From positions 173,109 to 237,108 of the forward strand of contig NMRA01000624.1 in assembly GCA_002633005.1 (NCBI GenBank): 64,000 bases of DNA. The letters are read 5' to 3'. Below the pieces are notes generated by a model. That model ran no database searches. It saw nothing but the letters and a program-made list of their open reading frames with translations, and was not told the DNA's origin. This DNA comes from Phoronis australis (lineage: Eukaryota; Animalia; Phoronida). The translations under genes were made by a program, and so were the position numbers. Position 1 is the first letter of the stretch. Each line of letters starts with the position of its first letter. Positions 57,701 to 64,000 of the stretch are shown here, piece by piece.

Positions 57701-58584
57701 TAAGTCACTTCGTTTCTACCGAATTATAGGCACATGTTTGTTACTCAGAAGAGCAGCTTCAGTGTTACAGTTCAAAGAAGTTATTGTAAGAAGGCACTAA
57801 TCACGATTTGCTATGATTGACAGCGCTCATTAAAAATGACAAGGACCTCTCCCTTTCTTCAAATGGAAACTAGGACTTGAACTTCACAAGGCAGCCAACG
57901 GTTGCCAGGTTGGGACAAAGACAACCTTTTAGAAAATGACACATTAAAAGCTTGACTCTGACTTTTTGATTAAACAATGGCGGGGGTAACAAGTTTTGGG
58001 TGCACTACACCTTCAGAGACTTTATGTAAAGAATCCAGCAAATACGTGGGTAAAATTGGAATAGAATTGTTAAACTGCCAAAACCATCATGTGAACAAAT
58101 AGTTACCAGTTATTAACCGCTGTTGGCAAAGGCAGGCAATGTCCCTTGCCGTTAACTCCGATGGCATCGAACTTGAGTGTTCCAGTGTCTTTAAATCGAC
58201 ATGACTCTTTACTTCATAGTTAACCTACGCTCTTCACTTTGAATCAAGACCGAATTAAGAGTTCCCAATGAAACTTCGGCAACACCGAAGCTTCGGAGCC
58301 AGTGGGAAAGTCCTTATTTTTACGGCTTCCGTTGGAGAAGAATATACTGTCAAATGTGTAGCTTGTTGGCGTAAATTGGCAAATACCATGTCAAGATGGT
58401 GAGGATGTGACACACTGTTTGCGGGAGTGTGTATGAATTTGCGTTGTAAGACCAAAATTCATTTGTTTTGATACAATGTAAGTAGTCGTGCTTGTCGATT
58501 GTAGAGGAATGTCTAGATATCCTTACCCTAAAGGAATTCTGGGAACTGCTTGCCCGGCCTTCATCGACAACAACAACCTATGCG
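9351..58584 (+). CDS. Multi-exon gene (incomplete at both ends): 7 tandem ShK-like domains + CAP/SCP (CRISP-like) domain + partial hinge. Exons 9351-9485, 25860-26000, 28062-28202, 29900-30037, 36810-36950, 41751-41894, 47972-48112, 52493-52609, 53838-53926, 54403-54487, 55189-55331, 57611-57699, 58505-58584
   Basis: Every exon has canonical AG/GT ends and the phases chain correctly; the spliced 1584 nt is open. It carries ShK C..C..C..CEAYCGFC motifs and CAP motifs LHNKVR, GQNIA, GHYTQ and VCNYAPG. Joining the ShK and CAP exons into one transcript is inferred from phase compatibility. Confidence 0.8.
10340..12355 (+). mobile_element. Non-LTR retrotransposon fragment (I/Jockey-group-like): ORF1 zinc knuckles + ORF2 AP endonuclease, truncated before RT
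   Basis: CNHCGNNHKSLEC and CANCGGPHPANRRSC knuckles at about 10525-10632; ORF 10931 has NLNG, ETWL, RRDR..GGGV, SIYNP and GDFNSKH; ends at SSPRND, the usual SPGxD position before RT. Confidence 0.88.
12356..13006. mobile_element. 651-bp near-perfect palindromic (foldback/MITE) element
   Basis: Arms 12356-12668 and 12695-13006 are reverse complements with a 26-nt loop; termini CATAAC...GTTATG. Confidence 0.9.
13655..13730. repeat. (TAGA)n microsatellite, imperfect
   Basis: Directly visible. Confidence 0.9.
15386..15537. mobile_element. Short hAT-like MITE
   Basis: Terminal inverted GGCGTATCTAG ... CTCGATCCGCC, with G-rich and C-rich halves. Confidence 0.5.
15622..19870. mobile_element. Non-autonomous CACTA/EnSpm-like (CCCAG-terminus) element with nested insertions
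   Basis: Left CCCAGTAAACA...GTATTGGCCCAGTACTGG; right GTACCGGGGCCAATAC with many TACTGGCCC-like subterminal motifs; right end degenerate. Confidence 0.45.
16639..17397. mobile_element. MITE with about 160-bp terminal inverted repeats
   Basis: TGGTAATTGTTTACAATATGAC...CCCGGT (16639-16802) is inverted at 17240-17397. Confidence 0.75.
20643..25413. repeat. About 2.39-kb tandem duplication (20643-23026 / 23028-25413) around a single N, probably an assembly artefact
   Basis: Near-identical copies abut exactly at the N at 23027 and differ by scattered SNPs and small indels. Confidence 0.9.
25860..26000 (+). CDS. ShK-domain exon 2: SRPCLDKLEDCSSHGDVDTLCTKYKGWSIVNCEAYCGFCKRPSTTT
   Basis: ttttacag acceptor, in-frame gtactg donor, 141 nt, phase 1-1. 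Confidence 0.85.
27713..27758. repeat. (AAT)n microsatellite
   Basis: Directly visible. Confidence 0.95.
28062..28202 (+). CDS. ShK-domain exon 3: PKPCVDKVENCGSYGHVSTLCTRYRSWASVNCEAYCGFCIGRSTAT
   Basis: ttttacag acceptor, gtgagt donor, 141 nt, phase 1-1. Confidence 0.9.
28330..28830 (-). mobile_element. 3' fragment of an RNase H-containing LINE
   Basis: Minus strand reads TAIVTDSQSML and, after a frameshift, PGHARVVGNKRADKVA, the RNase H DS and PGH..GNE.AD motifs. Confidence 0.75.
29900..30037 (+). CDS. ShK-domain exon 4: ARPCLNKADNCASYGSVDTLCTRYKSWASENCEAYCGFCIGQSTT
   Basis: tttacag acceptor, gtaagt donor, 138 nt; lies within ORF 29887..30144. Confidence 0.9.
30655..31090. mobile_element. 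PIF/Harbinger-like MITE
   Basis: TIRs GCCGGGTTGCATGAAACAGTCCCAA / TTGGGACTATTTCATTCAACCGGC. Confidence 0.75.
36810..36950 (+). CDS. ShK-domain exon 5: PRPCVNKINNCASYGPASSLCLLYKSWASERCEAYCGFCVPPSTTT
   Basis: ttttgcag acceptor, gtgagg donor, 141 nt; overlaps ORF 36824..37024. Confidence 0.9.
38490..38830 (-). mobile_element. Penelope-like element 3' fragment (GIY-YIG endonuclease tail + pseudo-LTR)
   Basis: Minus strand reads DFAIIDHAITTKELKIREALHISWCKPNLNRQL, followed by a hammerhead core. Confidence 0.8.
38550..38594 (-). ncRNA. Minimal type I hammerhead ribozyme of a Penelope-like element
   Basis: Minus strand CTT-CTGATGA-T-GGTGT-(loop)-ACACC-GAAA-CATG-TT-AAG: intact core, 5-bp stem II, palindromic ACATGT stem III, 3-bp stem I. 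Confidence 0.75.
39065..39968. mobile_element. Small MITE (GG termini, 8-bp TSD TGTTTAGT; Merlin- or hAT-type) interrupted by a solo LTR
   Basis: TIRs GGCAATGGTCTGA.../...TCAGACTATTGCC; TSD at 39057-39064 and 39969-39976. Confidence 0.85.
39156..39944 (-). mobile_element. Solo LTR (789 bp)
   Basis: TGTCA...TGACA termini, 5-bp TSD GGCAC (39151-39155, 39945-39949); minus-strand TATAAATA at about 39600 and AATAAA at about 39257. Confidence 0.88.
41751..41894 (+). CDS. ShK-domain exon 6: PRPCVNKVDCASYGEVNTLCTEYRGWASDNCEAYCGFCVAPSTLPTK
   Basis: ttttacag acceptor, gtaagt donor, 144 nt, phase 1-1. Confidence 0.9.
44567..47490. mobile_element. DNA transposon relic with two divergently oriented THAP-domain pseudogenes
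   Basis: + strand ORF 46139-46381 (CIVPAC..FFRLP..VCSRYF..SDF); - strand 45450-45710 (YTGCVPG..NSK..KKWI..KKTYLGNCLPIF). Boundaries approximate. Confidence 0.6.
46139..46381 (+). pseudogene. THAP zinc-finger domain remnant
   Basis: C..P.C, FFRLP and VCS.(H>Y)F...DF; the conserved Trp and His are lost. Confidence 0.75.
47972..48112 (+). CDS. ShK-domain exon 7 (divergent): SRPCVDLKDNCDAYPDDMCTNHLYKGFARTNCEAFCGFCIGPSTTT
   Basis: tttcatag acceptor, gtaagt donor, 141 nt, phase 1-1. Confidence 0.88.
49980..50082. repeat. 12-bp minisatellite (CAGATACAGTAT consensus), about 8 units
   Basis: Directly visible. Confidence 0.8.
52493..52609 (+). CDS. Pre-CAP exon: AVPLPQRPAGDCKDKFKYHFSGKHSACFARSSKHKAIT
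   Basis: Polypyrimidine tract + tacag, gtaaat donor, 117 nt, phase 1-1; C...HxAC resembles the N-terminal extension of invertebrate CAP proteins. Confidence 0.75.
52770..53030. repeat. About 43-bp degenerate tandem repeat (AAGCTAATGAC...AAACTGATCGAC)
   Basis: About six imperfect units. Confidence 0.75.
53838..53926 (+). CDS. CAP exon: VSDKNKKLIVSLHNKVRSEVSDAKFMLKM
   Basis: Long T tract + ctcag, gtgaga donor; HNxxR motif followed by A..MLKM. Confidence 0.9.
54403..54487 (+). CDS. CAP exon: RWDDEVAMVAQRWAEVCKFAHDSDRSIP
   Basis: tatag acceptor, gtaaat donor; WD.E.A..AQ.WA..C...H motif. Confidence 0.92.
55189..55331 (+). CDS. CAP exon: RFYVGQNIAYYSVRSTNWPFIIKLWADEKQYYTHGDKWNETFGHYTQ
   Basis: ttttag acceptor, gtcagt donor; GQN, W.DE and GHYTQ (CAP signature 1). 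Confidence 0.93.
57611..57699 (+). CDS. CAP exon: MVTAGTYLIGCGEAICEGIGHYYVCNYAPG
   Basis: ttgcag acceptor, gtaagt donor; IGCG and YYVCNYAPG (CAP signature 2). Confidence 0.93.
58505..58584 (+). CDS. CAP C-terminus/hinge exon: GMSRYPYPKGILGTACPAFIDNNNLC
   Basis: ttgtag acceptor, gtaagg donor, phase 2 in and phase 1 out; PY..G...CP.....NLC hinge pattern. Confidence 0.85.
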
Positions 58585-60313
58585 GTAAGGATTGGATTAA
58601 GCATAGATTGCCAATGAGAACGGTTTCACTGTTTTTTATGCGTCCACATCTCTGTGTTACTACCGGCGTCCGGCCTCCGCAGCTATATCTGCAGCTAAGC
58701 CACTCACAGGATCTTGATGAGATTCACCAGATGTGTACCTAAGAAGCTGTCGACGAATGATAAGCCATAGTCCCAGCTCTCCTATCTTTAACCTCCGTGG
58801 CTACTTTCTGGGGGCAACGGGAGCTTTGCATTAAACACCTCTGCAAATGTTAAAAAATTCCCAAGAATACACTTGTACGTTTAGTAAGAACTTTAATTTA
58901 AAAATTGGAAAAAAATAGCTTCATCCACCAAATGTCAGTGCAAAATTATCAGAACAGACATTCAAATGCCACGAAAATATTGTGTCCGTACCCTTCCCAA
59001 GTAGTCTGCTTGATGGAAGCATTCATCAGCGGACTTCCAGCTGATGTTATCCTGTTGGCTTGGCTTACGTCTTTACAGCTACTACATGTCTATATTGGAT
59101 AATATTAATTATTGGATGGGTGTGCAAGTAACAGACATTTACAAAGGTACACTCTTTCACAGTGCTACAAAAGATAGCACTGTGGAATATTGTTTATCAT
59201 GTGAAATCAACGTCATAACATTCTGGAAAACTCTTTCAGTTTGCTTTTACAAAGTTTAGCGACCACCTTCGACTTAATTAGTTGCAATTTATTAAAACGG
59301 GCAGTGATCGAAATAAGCAAAATCATGGGAACCCCAATACCGTGGCTAAGCCCAAACAATACAGTGCACGGAAGGCATTTGCAAGTTGGCGATATAATCG
59401 ATAAACTTCCGACCAAGCATGCGCATTGAACCCCACAACGGAATTCCGCGTGTCGTTCATCATATCTCCACTGGGCAATTTTCAGTATAGGGGCGCTGTG
59501 TCAGAGGGTATTACCACGGGCCAAAGCTCATAAACCAGCAGGCAGCAACTGGGAATAAGGAGAGCCAAGTCAAGTGGCCAGCGTGTCATCAAACTGATAC
59601 AATACATGTATTCCTGAATGATTTTGTGTTTCGCAAGCAGCAGTTTTGGGAAAGCTAGGACTCTGCTGAAACTATGAATTACTGAATGAGTGTGCGACTT
59701 CAATCGATTGGCAAGATGTCTGCCCCTTGTTGCATTCGTATCTCATATTCTGCTCAAATTTCTGAGCTAGACATTTCACATATTACTTTGCTTGCGTTCA
59801 CTGATGCTATGACCTACATGTATGCTAGGGCCTAGCCGAAATGTAGCGAAAGTCACGTGTTCTCATTCGAAATACACGGCAATATCACACGTAATCTCGC
59901 AAAGTCTTGCTTTTAGCGAGGTTCTAGCGTCACTGAAGGGATGCTGGTCCAACTAAAGCTGCTGCACACAAACGTATCAACACTGAAAGCAAGTGAAGTA
60001 TCGTTGCTAGCATGCCCCCCATTTCATGAAGTGGGTAAAAAGGTCCACCTCACAGAAAAAACTCCGAAAAGTAGAAAACGATATAAAAGTCCAATAAAAC
60101 GGCAAGAACTGCCAAAACTCAGCCAACGCACAATTTGTGGCTCTGAACGTACCACATGAATGTTAATAAATGTCCATATCCTCATAAACTCGAACCCCCT
60201 CTCCCAATTTTGGCTGGGTGCGCGCATGCTTCTATCACAAACACTGTTACAGACACGGATGTAACAAAAAATAAAAGAGTTCTTAAAAAAAAGAAAAAAA
60301 ACAAGTTGATAAA

Positions 60314-61219
60314 TACGATGGCCCGAAAGTATCATCGCAACTTTAGTTTAAATATTTTTTCATTTTTCATTTTCCACCTAGCTGGAAATAATTCAACCTT
60401 GGTGGAAACTATTTTCACCTGGGTGCAAACTATTTTCACCTGGGTGCAAACTATTTTCCCCCGGGTGGAAACTATTTCAACTTAGGTGGAAATTATTTTC
60501 ACCTGGGTGGAAACTATTTTCACCTGGGTGGAAACTATTTTCACCTGGGTGGAAACTATTTTCACCCGGGTGGAAACTAATTCGACCTAGGTGGAAATTA
60601 TTTTCACCTGTGTAGAAATTATTTTCACCTGGGTGGAAACTATTTGAACCTAGGTGGAAACTATTTTCACCCGGGAGGAAACTATTTTCACATGGGTGGA
60701 AACTATTTCAACCTATGTGGAAACTATTTTCACCTGGGTGGAAATTATTTCAAACTAGGTGAAAACTATTTTCACCCGGGTGGAAACTATTTCAACCTAG
60801 GTGGAAATTATTTTCGCCTGGGTGGAAATTGTTTTCACCCAGGTGGAAATTATTTTCACCTGGGTCCGAACTATTTCGACCGAGGTGGAAATTATTTTCA
60901 CCTGGGTGGAAATTATTCTCACCCGGCTGGAAATTATTTTCCCCCGGCTGGAAATTATTTCAACCTAGGTGGAAATTGTTTTCACCCGGGTGAAAATAGT
61001 ATTCACCTAGGTTGAAATAATTTCCACGCAGGTGAAGATAGTTTCCACCCGTGTGAAAATAGTTTCCACCCGAATGAAAATAGTTTCCACCTAGGTTGAA
61101 ATAGTTTCCACCCAGGTGAAAATAATTTCCACCTAGGTTGAAATATTTCTTCCTAGGTGGAAAAGGAAAAATAGAAAATTAATAAGCTAAAATAGCGATG
61201 ATACTTTCGGGCCACCGTA
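60314..61219. mobile_element. IS3EU-like non-autonomous foldback element filled with 21-bp repeats
   Basis: TIRs TACGATGGCCCGAAAGTATCATCGC / GCGATGATACTTTCGGGCCACCGTA, 6-bp TSD GATAAA, internal CACCTGGGTGGAAACTATTTT array. Confidence 0.85.
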
Positions 61220-61889
61220 GATAAAGGATATATGTTGAACACATTAGAAAATTAATGAGATTGTCACTGTCTCTTACATGTAACAGTGTTCAAAGAAATC
61301 TACCTTACTGTATGTGTCTTGCCACCATAATGAATCATTTTCCACAATCAAATTCAATCACAGGGAAACTTCAAGAAAAAGAAAGGTTGAAAACCTCTCC
61401 CAGTTCCAAATATTCAATAATAAATGGGTCTGGCTACCTATTCTTAATTCGTTATTTATGGTAAATAATCTTTAGTTTAGGCCAGAGAAAAAAATCTTAC
61501 TTGATAATTTTGCAGTACTAGCTGTCGCAATCTAAAAGGTACTGTTAGTAGTTTTTCCTGCACGTGAGTGAACTGCTAAGCCTATTTTCAGCCTCTTTTA
61601 TGTGAAAACATGAGCATTGTTTAAAATTTGGGAAATATAAAAAATGGAAATATTGCCCGTGCTCTGTAATTCATAAATGTCGAAAATTCAAATGTTGTTC
61701 AGATTTCAGTATCTCACAATTTTGAAGATTCTTGGATTGGAGAATTTTTAGCGTAGTAACATTTTTACAATTCCAATTATGTGCTATTTAAAACAGGGAG
61801 CGTCAAAAGAAATTTAGCTCTACGGTAAATAAGACGCTATTCAATTTCAAACAAAAATACACGTATTGCCAACATGACCATTCATTTAT

Positions 61890-62963
61890 TTTCAGATGGG
61901 CTGAACTATAGTATTAAGGATGATAAAAATGTTTCTATGTTTCAAATTGTTTGAAGGCAACTGTACAGTGCAATCAATGCTAGTAATGATGCTTATTTTG
62001 CTGAACACTTAGATAATATGAAATTTCACCTGTTGGTCACACTGTGGGCTAAAGTGAAAAGCATTTTGGTTATGTGTTTCAGTTAAAAGGATTACTGTAA
62101 CAAGGTGTTTAGATGAAACGGCATTCAGGTTGACAACGATTTGCTATTTCCGGTACGGTGCACGCTTGCAGACATACATGTATTTTTTAAAGTTTACCAT
62201 TAAAGTTGGGCTCGACATTTGTGTTTCCTGGTCAACTCAAGGAAGACATTGAACTATTTGTATGTAAGATACACTGTATAAGGCGACTGATTATCAACAG
62301 TTAACAAAGCACGCTACCACATATTCAGGTTGAAATTTGTAATGAAATCATCTCTGCCTCCTAATCATGATTGTTTGCTGTTACATGCTAAAAGAGCAAA
62401 CTACCACTTTGCCATTTACAAACGAGCCTTGCAACAGCATGTCAGTGCACCATCTTCAGTTGGTAATGGGTGGCTTTTGGAACAGGGTAGTCAGAAGTTC
62501 CACTGGATGACTTTGTCTAGAAAATGTTATTGGACAGTGTATAGGAAGTGGGAAAATGTGCTCTTGTTTGAAGTTGGGAATTCCATAATTACTGTCGAGA
62601 TTATGTAAACACGGTGTTTCAAGAAACATCTTTTGATGACAATAATGATGATATAAATGATGATGGAGTGGATGAAAATAACATAAGTGTGGGCTATATT
62701 GTTAAAGAACTTGATTTTTGGTAGCCTGATAGAAAGAAACATTTTATCGTGCTGGTAACTATCGATGAAGTCAGATTTTTGAGGTCACATTTCTCGAAAA
62801 CGTGCAAGACAAACCTTGGGATTATTTAAATTATAGTGCTTAATGACATTAAAGCACCAAAAATATCTTGCCCTCAAAAAAGTAACCACGGAAGTATATT
62901 TCTAAGCTTCTTAGAGTCCAAGGACAATGGCATATGACGGCGAATTTAGGACCACTCCGACTA
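61890..62963 (+). mobile_element. Academ-like transposon 3' fragment
   Basis: ORF 62330 has LPP..D.L.LH.KRANY..AI...A....P....GW, typical of Academ XPG-adjacent C-termini; ends ...GGACCACTCCGACTA. Left boundary approximate. Confidence 0.65.
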
Positions 62964-64000
62964 TCGATGTGCCCTTAGTGGTAATTTTAGTTTTTTTACG
63001 CTTACCTTTGTATCTTCTGAAGACCTCAGCGGATTTCCAAAAAAAATTAACTGTTGGTTAGGTATTAGTGAGATGGCGCTATCTTCCTGTTTGCGGGTGG
63101 ATTCGAGGTACTTTTCGCCACGGGGTGGCTAATTTTACTGTTTTAGTTTGCTAATCTATCAACCAAACCGCTCAGGTAATGATTGGGAAATTTGACTATT
63201 TGTTTTACTTTGAACAGGATGGCTGAGGATGACCTTCCGACTTCGGCTACTGCGGTGCCTCTTAGGGGCAGTTTTGTTTGTTTTTGGACCCATGACTGTA
63301 ACTCCCGGCTACTAAACGCTCTACTGGATTTTTACTAAATTTTGCCATCCGGCGTATTTATACGAAGTTGAACACGGACGACGACAATTTTCGGACGAAT
63401 CGAACTGCAGGTGTGCCCCCTAGTGGCAATTTTTAATATGGAAAATAGGCATCTATTAGTGGGGTAACGTTATTCTCCGGTCTTCGGTTTGATGCGTGGT
63501 ATTTTGTGCCACCTAGAGGCCATTTTTACTGCTCTCAAGTATGTTGGCGTCTATCTTCTGTCAACATAACCATTCTAAGGATTGTTGTGGAAATTGGCAT
63601 AATACTATATGTTCCCTAATATAAAGAAGAGGACTGATAATGGTTCATACTATAAATGTGTTTAAAAGTTCAAAGCTTTGTTATTTTTAATCCAAATTTT
63701 CCAGCCAGTTTCTGTTTTGTTCTACATTGCGAAATTCTTCGCAAAACATCATACTCTATTTCACTGTGTTAGTTTATCTTTTGTTTGTTTTAAGCACTCT
63801 TTGGGCTTTGTCTGTTTACTCGACCGAACGTTTGAAATTTTACACACAACATGTGTCTCACGATTACCTGAAACTCAAAGCTTGAAGTCGAACACAGGGT
63901 GGCGCCAGAAGTTGCGCGGTTATGTCAATGTTTTCGTAAAGAACGACCTGAAGTGGATCACCCCTTTCTCGCAACAATCTACATTTTCCATTTTCTATGG

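Noticed and set aside
60375-61160. Regular 21-bp repeats as a CRISPR array, or ORF 60644..61015 as a real protein
   Set aside because: There are no unique spacers and no cas genes, and the context is eukaryotic. The array lies inside TIRs with a TSD, and the ORF follows from a stop-free 21-nt unit.

Overview
AT-rich invertebrate (probably lophotrochozoan) nuclear DNA, not prokaryotic; most tracked ORFs are noise. The backbone is one long + strand multi-exon gene that the ORF track largely misses. It has seven symmetric phase-1 exons, each encoding one ShK-type six-cysteine domain (9351-48112), followed by six exons encoding a CAP/SCP (CRISP/antigen-5/PR-1) domain with a partial hinge (52493-58584). 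Spliced, the 13 exons give 1584 nt (528 codons) with no stop; the start and end of the gene were not identified. The introns and flanks hold decayed mobile elements: an Ngaro-type DIRS retrotransposon with split direct repeats, LINE fragments, a Penelope fragment with a hammerhead ribozyme, a solo LTR nested in a MITE, a two-THAP DNA transposon relic, an IS3EU-like foldback element, Academ-like ends and several MITEs. The most unusual signal is repeated TA -> TACATGTA 6-bp insertion, shown by comparing paralogous copies within the window and resembling Tc1/mariner excision footprints at high density. A 2.4-kb duplication around a single N (23027) is probably an assembly artefact.
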